This document shows, piece after piece, positions 38,384 through 47,650 of a DNA stretch of 64,000 nucleotides. The notes beneath the pieces were generated by a model. It saw only the letters and a program-made list of their open reading frames with translations, was not told where the DNA came from and ran no database searches. The stretch is from Minisyncoccota bacterium (GTDB lineage Bacteria > Patescibacteriota > Minisyncoccia > Phycocordibacterales > UBA9973), in contig JBAYFP010000001.1 in NCBI GenBank assembly GCA_041667145.1, positions 121,056 through 185,055 on the forward strand. Reading direction: 5' to 3'. Within the stretch, counting starts at the first letter, position 1. Each line of letters opens with the position of its first letter. Position numbers and translations under genes: made by a program.

Positions 38384-39436
38384 ATGCACGATTTGGCATT
38401 GTATCGTAAATATAGGCCTCAGAGCTTCAAGGAAGTCATTGGTCAGGATCATATAGTGAATGTATTAGAAAGCTCTGTAGAAACAAACAAAGTTTCGCAC
38501 GCTTATCTTTTTGTCGGTTCACGCGGTACTGGGAAAACTTCTGTCGCTAGAATTTTCGCTAAAGAAATAGGCGTATCCGTTAATGATCTTTATGAAATAG
38601 ATGCTGCTTCAAATAGAGGGATAGAAGATATCAGAGAGCTTCGTGATGGAGCTCGTGTCCTTCCTTTTGACTCAAAATACAAGGTTTACATCATAGATGA
38701 GGTTCATATGCTCTCAAAAGACGCCTGGGGGGCATTATTAAAAACTTTAGAGGAGCCACCAAAGCATGTCATCTTCATTTTGGCTACGACTGAAGTCCAT
38801 AAAGTACCAGAAACCATCATTTCTCGTTGTCAGGTATTTACATTTAGAAAAGCATCAGACATTGCTTCTAAAAAAATGGTTACAGATGTCGCAAAAAAGG
38901 AAGGTTATGAATTAGAAAGTGGAACAGCTGAGCTTATTGCGATTTTGGGAGACGGATCATTCCGTGATGCCTTAGGGACTTTGCAAAAAGTTTTAAATTT
39001 CTCTGTTGACTTAAAGGGCAAAAAAATAAATAAAATAAAAAGGGAAGATGTAGAGAAAATCACTGGCGCACCGAAGACAATATTAGTAAATGATTTTATC
39101 TCCGCTATAGCCGAGAAGAATTTAGAAAATGGAATCTTAACAGTAAGAAAAGCTGCAGCTGAAAATTTAGATATGAAGCTTTATGCAAAACTTATTATTG
39201 AAAAATTTCGCATGGCTGTGATTTTAAAATACGCACCTAAATTAGAAAAAGAAATGGCAGGGGATTTAGGGGAAGAGGATTTGGAATTCTTAAAAGGCCT
39301 AGTTAAAAGCGACAAAGAGGGCATTCTTCGCTCCACAGCTCTTTCTATCCTTCTAGAAGCTTATAACGACATAGATAGGGCATTCGTCTCAGAATTGCCC
39401 CTCGAACTTGCACTTGTGAGGATTCTCTCTAAATGA
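38384..39436 (+). CDS. dnaX: DNA polymerase III gamma subunit (short form, no tau C-terminal domains)
   Basis: YRPQSF...IGQDHI, Walker A GSRGTGKTS, SRC motif ISRCQVF; 350 aa. Confidence 0.9.
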   Translation: MHDLALYRKYRPQSFKEVIGQDHIVNVLESSVETNKVSHAYLFVGSRGTGKTSVARIFAKEIGVSVNDLYEIDAASNRGIEDIRELRDGARVLPFDSKYKVYIIDEVHMLSKDAWGALLKTLEEPPKHVIFILATTEVHKVPETIISRCQVFTFRKASDIASKKMVTDVAKKEGYELESGTAELIAILGDGSFRDALGTLQKVLNFSVDLKGKKINKIKREDVEKITGAPKTILVNDFISAIAEKNLENGILTVRKAAAENLDMKLYAKLIIEKFRMAVILKYAPKLEKEMAGDLGEEDLEFLKGLVKSDKEGILRSTALSILLEAYNDIDRAFVSELPLELALVRILSK

Positions 39437-39647
39437 GATTGGTCCAAATTGTTATTCCTTACGGAACTTTACACCCAAAAAGTAAGGCCAGATAAATAAT
39501 GCTAGAACGCCTTTCCAAAACGATAGTCTCAAAAAGCCTATCGAAAAAAGCCATCCTATGCACCACAATGTACTAAACAACTCTTGGTTATTAATAATTA
39601 CTTTTTCCATAAATATATTATAACAAATTTAATTAAAATCATCATCA

Positions 39648-40199
39648 TTAAAAACCCATCTTTATAAGTTCTTTTTCTATATCTATTTCAGATAAGCCCA
39701 ATCTTCTTAATGTGCTTCTTGTAAGGTCTTTTTGTTTCTTTACCTCGTTAGGATTTTCCCATCCTGGTACGGGTTTTTCTTCTCCTTCTTTATATGAAAA
39801 AACATTTTGTACAGCATGAGCAAGTTCGATTCCTTTTTTACCAGTCAAGAACTGTTTTTTAATTTCAGATATTATTTCCTCAAGATTATTTACATTAACT
39901 TTTTCAAGTGGGATAGCACCAGCCTTAGAAGATTCAACCTGAACATCGTAAGTGATTTTTATTATACCGTGATTGTCTCCTGGATTATTTGAAACAAGAA
40001 AAATTGGAGTTCCTTCTTGAGTTCTCTTTTTTATAATATTATTTAAACGTTCAGGAGAAGTACCTGTCGCAAAAACAAGAAAGACGATTGCATCCTGACC
40101 TTCCGTAAGAAGATCAAATTGTTCTGGTGTAATAATTGGAGTAGCAGTCACTAACAAAACTTTTGCTTCTGGTAATTTTTCAATTTTTATTTCTTCCAT
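39648..40199 (-). CDS. hypothetical protein (183 aa), unknown function
   Basis: ORF-track ORF with a predicted alpha/beta N-terminal half (VLLVTATPIITPEQFDLL...AIVFLVFATG); no motif recognised. Confidence 0.4.
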   Translation of the reverse strand: MEEIKIEKLPEAKVLLVTATPIITPEQFDLLTEGQDAIVFLVFATGTSPERLNNIIKKRTQEGTPIFLVSNNPGDNHGIIKITYDVQVESSKAGAIPLEKVNVNNLEEIISEIKKQFLTGKKGIELAHAVQNVFSYKEGEEKPVPGWENPNEVKKQKDLTRSTLRRLGLSEIDIEKELIKMGF

Positions 40200-40235
40200 A
40201 AATTTATTATATCAAAATATGGTTAAAAGCGTTAG

Positions 40236-40306
40236 CTGGGAGACTTGGAATCGAACCAAGATTCACGGCTTCAAAGGCCGCTGTCCTACCGTTAGACGAT
40301 CTCCCA
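40236..40306 (-). tRNA. tRNA-Gln (anticodon TTG)
   Basis: Hand fold of reverse complement: acceptor TGGGAGA/TCTCCCA, anticodon loop CTTTGAA, T-loop TTCGATT. Confidence 0.75.
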
Positions 40307-40384
40307 ATATGAACATACATATATAAAGTACACCAAAATAGGTAAAAAAACAACGTTAATTTTAACTTATGATATAATATTTAT

Positions 40385-40774
40385 ATGAAAAAGTTGGAGA
40401 AAGAATCAAAGAATTTTTTAACAGAAAGGGGATGGCATAAGTTAAAACCATCAGATTTAGCTAAATCTATAAGTATTGAATCAGCAGAACTCCTTGAGCT
40501 TTTCCAATGGACTAATCCTAGTTTAGAAGATGTCAAAAAAGATAAAGAAAAAATTTCTGAGATTAAAAAAGAACTTGCTGATGTATTTTTATATAGTATT
40601 TACATGAGTGTTCTCCTTGGATTTGATACTAAAAAAATAATACTCGATAAACTTGAATATGCTCGTAAAAAATTCCCTCCATCTATAGTAAAAAATAAAG
40701 GAGACAAAGAACCCGGAACAGAAGATTTTTATCATAAAATTAAAAAATCATATAGAAGAAAGGGGTTAAGTTAA
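40385..40774 (+). CDS. MazG-like nucleoside triphosphate pyrophosphohydrolase
   Basis: ESAELLELFQW ... ELADVFLY all-alpha NTP-PPase signature. Confidence 0.6.
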   Translation: MKKLEKESKNFLTERGWHKLKPSDLAKSISIESAELLELFQWTNPSLEDVKKDKEKISEIKKELADVFLYSIYMSVLLGFDTKKIILDKLEYARKKFPPSIVKNKGDKEPGTEDFYHKIKKSYRRKGLS

Positions 40775-40791
40775 AATAATTATAATTATTT

Positions 40792-41412
40792 ATGGAACAA
40801 AATAAGTTTAATAATATAAAAAAACCTGATAATAATTTAGAAAAACGAAGAAATGATGAGGTTATTGTCATTGGTGGAAAAACTGAAGAGGAATTAATTG
40901 ATCTAGCAAGAATAATTTTTGATAAATTAGATAATAATGGTCATCCTGTTTCCTATGAATACTGCAAAGATGGATTATCAAAAGGTGGTGAATTAAGGCC
41001 AAATGGGTTTGCAATTTATTTAATGAAAGGGCAATTGTATATTGATAGTAGGAGTCATAATACTGATAAGGAAATGAAAGCTTTCTTAGAACAAGTAGTG
41101 TTAGAATCACTTGAGGAAGATATAAAAAATGAAAAAATAAATGTAAATCGAAATTTAAAAGAAGAATATATTTCCAATGCAGATTCTGAAGGATATATAT
41201 ATGTAAGAGATTTCGCTATTCCTGAATTAGATAGACAGACAAAAAATATAGCAAGTTTACTTGATGGAGAAGAGGGAACAATGCCTGAATATAATTTAGG
41301 TATAGGATTAAGACATAAAGGATCTGCAGGAAATTATTCTGAAATGAAAATTCATATAGATGATCTTCAAGAATTTATTTGGCGAGTTAAAGCACATTAT
41401 GGGGAAAAATAA
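40792..41412 (+). CDS. hypothetical protein (206 aa)
   Basis: ORF-track ORF with good coding statistics; no motif recognised. Confidence 0.4.
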   Translation: MEQNKFNNIKKPDNNLEKRRNDEVIVIGGKTEEELIDLARIIFDKLDNNGHPVSYEYCKDGLSKGGELRPNGFAIYLMKGQLYIDSRSHNTDKEMKAFLEQVVLESLEEDIKNEKINVNRNLKEEYISNADSEGYIYVRDFAIPELDRQTKNIASLLDGEEGTMPEYNLGIGLRHKGSAGNYSEMKIHIDDLQEFIWRVKAHYGEK

Positions 41413-41445
41413 AAAATATTTATTATTAACTTAACAAAAAATTTT

Positions 41446-41748
41446 ATGAAGGAATTTATAAATTTTATCAGAGAACAAGGAGTTATCGGTTTAGCAATTG
41501 GTTTTATTTTAGGAGGAGCTGTGTCTAAAGTAGTGAGTGCTTTTGTGACTGACATTATCAATCCATTATTAAGTATGATTTTAGGAGCTACAGATGGTTT
41601 AAAAACTGCCTCATTTGGCATAGGTTCTTCCCAAATACTCTACGGTGACCTTATCAGTGTTATTATTGATTTTCTTATTATTGCCCTTGTGGTTTATTTT
41701 GGATTTAAAGCATTAGGGATAGAAAAACTCGATAAACCAAAAGTATAA
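41446..41748 (+). CDS. mscL: large-conductance mechanosensitive channel
   Basis: MKEFINFIREQGVIGLAIGFILGGAVSKVVSAFVTDIINP matches the MscL TM1 consensus. Confidence 0.85.
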   Translation: MKEFINFIREQGVIGLAIGFILGGAVSKVVSAFVTDIINPLLSMILGATDGLKTASFGIGSSQILYGDLISVIIDFLIIALVVYFGFKALGIEKLDKPKV

Positions 41749-41760
41749 ATTAAATATTTT

Positions 41761-42339
41761 ATGGAAATCCAAAGACCAAAATCAAAACAACCTATTCCAG
41801 ACAATGCTAAGAAGGTTTTCGAAGGTAAAGTTTTTGATGTATATCAATGGGAACAAGAATTATACGACGGAACAAAAACAATATTTGAAAAGTTAAAACG
41901 TCCTGACACTGTAAGCTGTTTTCCTATACTAGATGACGGTAAAATTTTGTTATTAGAACAAGAACAACCTCAAAAAAAATCTTTTATTAGTACTGCTGGT
42001 GGTAGAGTAGATGAAGAAGAAGATATACTTTCTGCAGCAAAAAGAGAACTTCTTGAAGAAACAGGTTATGAAGCCGAAGAATTTATCCTATGGGACGCCC
42101 AACAACCTGTAAGTAAAGTAGAGTGGGCAATATATACCTTTATTGCAAAAGGATTAAAAAAAGTTAAAGAACCGACTCCTGATGCAGGAGAGAAAATAAA
42201 ATTACTACCAGTAACTTTGGATGAACTAATTGATATAGCCATAGATAAGCGTTTTTCTGAAAGAGAAGTAACTTTTAAATTTTTTGAGGCAAAATATGAT
42301 CAAAAGAAAAAAGAAGAATTAAAAGAATTATTTAAATAA
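41761..42339 (+). CDS. NUDIX hydrolase
   Basis: Nudix box GGRVDEEEDILSAAKRELLEETG. Confidence 0.8.
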   Translation: MEIQRPKSKQPIPDNAKKVFEGKVFDVYQWEQELYDGTKTIFEKLKRPDTVSCFPILDDGKILLLEQEQPQKKSFISTAGGRVDEEEDILSAAKRELLEETGYEAEEFILWDAQQPVSKVEWAIYTFIAKGLKKVKEPTPDAGEKIKLLPVTLDELIDIAIDKRFSEREVTFKFFEAKYDQKKKEELKELFK

Positions 42340-42343
42340 ACAA

Positions 42344-42829
42344 ATGGAATCCACACAAGATAAACTCAACAAATTTAAACAACTTACAATAAAAAATTGT
42401 GAAAATGTTGATTTTCCATACAGAGAATGGTTTGTAAATGACCATTTAAATATTGTTGAGAAAATAGCGATAGAACTTTGTGATATATACAAAGAAGCTG
42501 ATAGAGATATAGTTTTTGCTTTAGTCTGGTTCCATGATTTTGGACAAGCTTTAGATTTAAAAAACATATATGAAGTGACAAAAGAAAAAGGAGTAGAGGC
42601 TATGAAAAGTGTAGGGCTACCTCAGGATTTTATAGATAAAGTTGTAAAACTTTGGGAAAGAATAGAAATGAAAAACGAAATAAATATATCAAAGGAACCA
42701 ATCGAAGTACAGATAGTGAGTACCGCCGACGGTGCTTCACATTTTACAGGGAAGTTTTATTCAACATATTTTGAGGATCTACAGAAAGAAGGAGTAAAAT
42801 CTATAGAAGAAGAGCTCAAAAAAAAATAA
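42344..42829 (+). CDS. putative HD-domain phosphohydrolase (weak)
   Basis: H...HD-like motif ALVWFHDFGQ; ends immediately after an A9 homopolymer. Confidence 0.4.
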   Translation: MESTQDKLNKFKQLTIKNCENVDFPYREWFVNDHLNIVEKIAIELCDIYKEADRDIVFALVWFHDFGQALDLKNIYEVTKEKGVEAMKSVGLPQDFIDKVVKLWERIEMKNEINISKEPIEVQIVSTADGASHFTGKFYSTYFEDLQKEGVKSIEEELKKK

Positions 42830-42944
42830 AAGTCGATTGGGAAAGAAAAATTGTATTGCCTGAAGTCAAAAAAGCATTTAAAGATAGATATCCAAAAGCA
42901 TTAGAAATAACAGGAGAATATCCAGAAAAATTTATATAAATTTT

Positions 42945-43514
42945 ATGAAATTAGAATCATTTACAAATCTATTTTTGACAGAACAAGAAAAAACTAGACA
43001 AGAAAAACAGAAAGAATGGAATAAATTGGAACATCAAATTGAAGAATATGGAGGGTTTGATGAAAAAATAAAATTACTTGTCATTGCTCTTTGGGCTAAT
43101 AAATTTCCTACTTATGAATCTTGTGAAGGTCATTTTGACCCTAATCAATGTCAATATAATTGTCCAACAATTCATATTGGCTATTACCCAGATCGTATTG
43201 ATGACCTACAACTTTATAGCGATTATGATCACGTTGTAAGTGAAAAAGAAAGAGAAGAAAGATTACCTCAAATTATAAAAGAAAATGAAATACTTAAAAT
43301 TCATATAGAGTTTCTTCTAGATGAATTCAATAAGAAAAGAAAAAGCGAACAAAAATATAAATTAAATATTAAAGAAACCCATTATAATACTTTTGCTTTG
43401 AGTACAGAATCAATAGTCAATAAGGCAGATCCATATATTGCACTTCAAGATCAACAAAAACTTATGAGTGAATTCGGCATTTTCTTAAAAGAAAAATATT
43501 TTGATTCAAAATGA
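42945..43514 (+). CDS. hypothetical protein (189 aa)
   Basis: ORF-track ORF; CEGHFDPNQCQYNCP cysteine cluster; no family recognised. Confidence 0.35.
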   Translation: MKLESFTNLFLTEQEKTRQEKQKEWNKLEHQIEEYGGFDEKIKLLVIALWANKFPTYESCEGHFDPNQCQYNCPTIHIGYYPDRIDDLQLYSDYDHVVSEKEREERLPQIIKENEILKIHIEFLLDEFNKKRKSEQKYKLNIKETHYNTFALSTESIVNKADPYIALQDQQKLMSEFGIFLKEKYFDSK

Positions 43515-44026
43515 ATAACATCCCCGAATTTGGAATAAAAAGAGAAAATGAAGAAAGGAGAGATGGCGGATGCGCTGTTGTTTTTGATCCTGAAAATCAG
43601 AAATATGCAGTTTATAGAAATTTAAAAAATCAAATGTTGGGACTTTATGGTGGAGGATTTGATGAGGGAGAAGATGAAGAAGAAGGTGCATTAAGAGAGT
43701 TAACAGAAGAAAGTGGATTATACGATTTTTTATACATTGAAAAAGTAGAAAAAGTATTAACGCACTATTTTAATTTTAATAAAAAGAAAAATAGAGTAGC
43801 ACTTGCCACATGTTTTCTAGTGATATTAAAAAGTACAAAATTAAAACAAACTAAACTCGAAGAACATGAAAAATTTGAATTAGAATGGGTGAACCCTGAA
43901 GAATTATTCTCTATTTGGAAGTCTCATAGTGAGAATAAAAATTATGATCATTGGATATACTTTTTAGAAAAAGCTGTCAATCGTGCTATAGAGCTCGGCT
44001 ACGACAAAACAAGCTCAAAAATATAA
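43511..44026 (+). CDS. NUDIX hydrolase (second copy)
   Basis: Nudix box GGGFDEGEDEEEGALRELTEESG. Confidence 0.65.
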   Translation: MNNIPEFGIKRENEERRDGGCAVVFDPENQKYAVYRNLKNQMLGLYGGGFDEGEDEEEGALRELTEESGLYDFLYIEKVEKVLTHYFNFNKKKNRVALATCFLVILKSTKLKQTKLEEHEKFELEWVNPEELFSIWKSHSENKNYDHWIYFLEKAVNRAIELGYDKTSSKI

Positions 44027-44065
44027 ATAAAGCTTAATTTTATCTTCAGCATTAATTATGTTATA

Positions 44066-45625
44066 ATGTCCCTTACTATGCAAAAAATCAAAGGAATATG
44101 GGGGAAAATAATGGTTTTATCGCTCACTAAAAAGATAATTTATGGGGTTATCCTGATTATCGTTATTTTAGTAGCTTATATGATCTTTAAACCTACTAAT
44201 AATAGCGCAAATATCACTACAGACACTGTAAAACTCATGGATTTAAAGCAGACTGTCTTGGCTACTGGTCAAGTGACATCAAATACTGATTTAAATTTAT
44301 CATTCTTTAGTAGTGGAATAGTTCGTTCTGTAAAAGTGAATGTAGGAGACACAGTAAAAGCTGGACAAATTCTAGCTACCCTTGATCAAGGCAATGAACT
44401 TGCCGCACTCACACAAGCACGTGGAGCTGTCGCAGGAGCTCAGGCTAAATACCAAAGTCTTTTAGATGGTGCGTCAAGTGATGAAATAAATTTATCTCAA
44501 ATTGCCCTCGATAATGCAAAACGAGATTTTGACAGATTAAAATTACAACAGGAATTACTCGTAAATAATGCCTACAGAAATTTATTAAATTCTACACTTG
44601 AAGTAGAGAAAGAGGCAGATTCAAGCGACTACACTGCACCTACAGTTAGTGGAAATTATAATTTAGATAAGGAAGGTTTTATAAGAATCAGTGTCAGTAT
44701 GAATGGTACTCATTATACAGCCATGGGGCTTACTGTTGGAGATGGGGTAGTAAATAGTATTGTGCCACAACCGATAGGAAATTCAGGACTTTATATAATT
44801 TTCCCAACAAACGAAACGTTAAATTATACAGATTGGATAATAACCATTCCAAACAAAAAAGCACCAAATTATATCTCAAACAATAATGCATACGAAGCAG
44901 CTCTAAAAACAGAAGATTCTGTCCTTGGTTCTGCACAAGCTTTAGTAGATCAACGCACGGCAGAACTTACATTAAAAAAAGCAGGGGCTCGTTCTGCTGA
45001 TATAGATCTCGCAAAAGCAAATATTCTTACAGCGCAAGGTCAATTGGAATCAGCTAGTGCAAATTATGAACATACTATTCTCCGCGCTCCCGCAGGTGGA
45101 ACTATCACAAGAGTGGATGTAAAAGTGGGTGAACTTACTCAAGCATTGAAAGATGTGATGACTGTCCAAGATGTAAACAATGTATACTTAGAAGCAAATA
45201 TAAATGAAGCTAATATTACAAGCATTAAAGTTGGAGCTCCCATAGATATTACTTTTGATGCTTTTAGCACAGATCAAATATTTAAAGGAAATATTGTAAA
45301 AATTGATCCCGCTTCCACTATTATTTCTGGAGTTGTAAATTATAAAATCACTGCAAACATTTTAAATGGCCCTGCACTTCGTCCAGGAATGACGGCCAAT
45401 ATGACTATCCTTGTCGGAGAAAAAAATAGCATTTTGACTATTCCTTCACGCGCAATAATTAAAGATAAAACTGGTAAAAAGACGGTCCGCGTTGTGACAG
45501 ATACAAAAACTAAAACATACACAGAAGTAGGAGTAACAACGGGCATGGAAGGAGATGGCGGACTCACAGAAATCACTAGTGGTCTTACAGAAGGAGAAGA
45601 AATTGTCGTATTAATTAAAAAATAA
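44066..45625 (+). CDS. HlyD/MacA-type membrane fusion (periplasmic adaptor) protein with an unusual large insert
   Basis: N-terminal TM helix, biotinyl/lipoyl-like VKAGQILATLD, coiled-coil hairpin, and a C-terminal beta-barrel (ILRAPAGGTITRVDVKVGE). Confidence 0.7.
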   Translation: MSLTMQKIKGIWGKIMVLSLTKKIIYGVILIIVILVAYMIFKPTNNSANITTDTVKLMDLKQTVLATGQVTSNTDLNLSFFSSGIVRSVKVNVGDTVKAGQILATLDQGNELAALTQARGAVAGAQAKYQSLLDGASSDEINLSQIALDNAKRDFDRLKLQQELLVNNAYRNLLNSTLEVEKEADSSDYTAPTVSGNYNLDKEGFIRISVSMNGTHYTAMGLTVGDGVVNSIVPQPIGNSGLYIIFPTNETLNYTDWIITIPNKKAPNYISNNNAYEAALKTEDSVLGSAQALVDQRTAELTLKKAGARSADIDLAKANILTAQGQLESASANYEHTILRAPAGGTITRVDVKVGELTQALKDVMTVQDVNNVYLEANINEANITSIKVGAPIDITFDAFSTDQIFKGNIVKIDPASTIISGVVNYKITANILNGPALRPGMTANMTILVGEKNSILTIPSRAIIKDKTGKKTVRVVTDTKTKTYTEVGVTTGMEGDGGLTEITSGLTEGEEIVVLIKK

Positions 45626-45628
45626 TTC

Positions 45629-46345
45629 ATGTTAATACAACTAAAAAATATCACAAAAGAATACGACAACAGTGGTGTCATTACTAAAGTTCTCCGAGGA
45701 GTAAGTCTAGATGTAGAGGAAGGAGAATTTTTAGCTATAATGGGCCCATCTGGTTCTGGTAAATCGACCCTAATGCATATAATAGGTTTTCTTGATCGTG
45801 CAACGAATGGTACATATCTCTTTGATAATGAAGACATAAAGAATTTTAATGATAATGAACTTGCTTATATTCGTAATGATAGAATCGGTTTCGTTTTTCA
45901 ATCATTCAATCTTCTTGCACGTACTTCTGTACTAGACAATGTGATCCTTCCACTTACTTATAGTAAAAAGAAAAATCATGTGGAATTAGCTACTGAAGCA
46001 TTAAGGGCAGTAGGACTGGAAAATAGATTAAATTTTCTTTCAAATCAGATATCTGGAGGTCAAAAGCAACGTGTAGCCATAGCTCGTGCCCTCGTCTGTG
46101 ATCCGAAAGTTATTTTTGCAGATGAACCGACAGGAAACCTCGATTCAAAAAGTGGTGCGACAGTCATGAGTATTTTGGGGCGTCTAAATAACGAAGGTCG
46201 CACTATTATCCTCGTCACTCATGATAGGACAGTCGCCGAACATGCTAATCGTATCATCACCATCAGAGATGGATCTATAGTTTCGGACGAAAAAAATGCT
46301 AATCCAAGAAGAAGCAAAATTGAAACTGTAGAAGAAGATATATAA
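45629..46345 (+). CDS. ABC transporter ATP-binding protein, MacB/LolD type
   Basis: [35 protein letters not shown]. Confidence 0.9.
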   Translation: MLIQLKNITKEYDNSGVITKVLRGVSLDVEEGEFLAIMGPSGSGKSTLMHIIGFLDRATNGTYLFDNEDIKNFNDNELAYIRNDRIGFVFQSFNLLARTSVLDNVILPLTYSKKKNHVELATEALRAVGLENRLNFLSNQISGGQKQRVAIARALVCDPKVIFADEPTGNLDSKSGATVMSILGRLNNEGRTIILVTHDRTVAEHANRIITIRDGSIVSDEKNANPRRSKIETVEEDI

Positions 46346-46346
46346 T

Positions 46347-47612
46347 ATGTCGCATTTTTTAAAAAGTATAAAAACTGTAATTAAAAACCTTCTATCACGT
46401 AAAGCTAGAAGTTTTTTGACTGTCTTAGGGATTGTCATCGGCGTAGCTGGAGTAATTATTATTATTTCCATTGGAGCAGGTGCTCAAGCATTAGTCTTAG
46501 GGCAAATCACAAAACTTGGTACAAATATTATAGGAGTTCTCCCAGGTAAAAGTAATGAAAACGGACCACCCGCTTCAGTCTTCGGAGTTCAAATAAAAAC
46601 ATTAATAGACAATGACGTTTCCGCTATAGAAGATAAAGGAAGAGTTCCACACGCAGAAGAGGTGGCAGCTTTTGTTCGAGGTAATGTGACAGTTATAGCT
46701 GGCAGTGAATCAGCAGATACGACTTTCACTGCGACAGACGGTAGTTATCCGCGTGTCCAAAATGTGACAATGGCTCAAGGTACATTTTTTTCTGACGAAG
46801 AAGGAAGAGCAGGAGCAAATGTGATAGTGTTAGGATCCGATGTTGCTGAACAATTATTTCCGAATGGAGGGGAACTCGGTTCAATCGTAAAAATACAAAA
46901 TAGTGGAAACACTTTTGGTAGCATTCCATTTAGAGTAATAGGAGTCCAGGAAAAACTCGGCACAGTAGCCTTTCAAAACCAAGATGATCAAGTATTTATT
47001 CCTTTTACAATAGGGCAAAGGCAAATTTTAGGTATTGATTATATTCAATTTATCAGAATTAAAGTAGATACCTCTCTAAATGTAAAAAATACTATAGCAG
47101 ACGTAGAACAAGTACTTCGAGAAGAACATCGTATAAAAAATCCCGCGGATGATGATTTTTCAGTAAGAGATTTAGCTGATGCTATAAAAATACTTACAAG
47201 TATTACGGATGGTCTACGAATGTTCCTAGGCCTTATGGCAGGAATATCACTCATCGTAGGAGGTATCGGCATTATGAATATTATGCTTGTCACAGTTTCT
47301 GAGCGTACTCGAGAAATAGGTTTACGAAAAGCTTTAGGCGCGACAACTCATCAGATCCGTAATCAATTTTTGATTGAAGCTGTCATGCTTACTGGAGTAG
47401 GAGGAATAATGGGTATCATCGTCGGTATTATTATATCCTACCTTATAGCCTTAGGAGCGCGTTATGCTGGATATGATTGGGCTTTCGTCATCTCACCGGC
47501 AGCTATTCTTTTGGCCGTCTTTGTATCAACCTTGACCGGTATAGTTTTCGGGCTTTTTCCAGCATTCAAAGCTGCTAAACTTGACCCAATAGACGCATTA
47601 AGATACGAGTAG
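46347..47612 (+). CDS. ABC transporter permease, MacB/FtsX family (copy 1)
   Basis: N-terminal TM helix, periplasmic domain, C-terminal 3-TM FtsX bundle. Confidence 0.85.
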   Translation: MSHFLKSIKTVIKNLLSRKARSFLTVLGIVIGVAGVIIIISIGAGAQALVLGQITKLGTNIIGVLPGKSNENGPPASVFGVQIKTLIDNDVSAIEDKGRVPHAEEVAAFVRGNVTVIAGSESADTTFTATDGSYPRVQNVTMAQGTFFSDEEGRAGANVIVLGSDVAEQLFPNGGELGSIVKIQNSGNTFGSIPFRVIGVQEKLGTVAFQNQDDQVFIPFTIGQRQILGIDYIQFIRIKVDTSLNVKNTIADVEQVLREEHRIKNPADDDFSVRDLADAIKILTSITDGLRMFLGLMAGISLIVGGIGIMNIMLVTVSERTREIGLRKALGATTHQIRNQFLIEAVMLTGVGGIMGIIVGIIISYLIALGARYAGYDWAFVISPAAILLAVFVSTLTGIVFGLFPAFKAAKLDPIDALRYE

Positions 47613-47650
47613 TTATAAAGTAGAAAGTTGTAAAGTTTATAAAGAAAAAA

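Noticed and set aside
39437-39647. Candidate SRP RNA / small ncRNA downstream of dnaX
   Set aside because: No conserved SRP domain IV motif or other recognisable ncRNA signature seen by eye; left as unassigned intergenic DNA.
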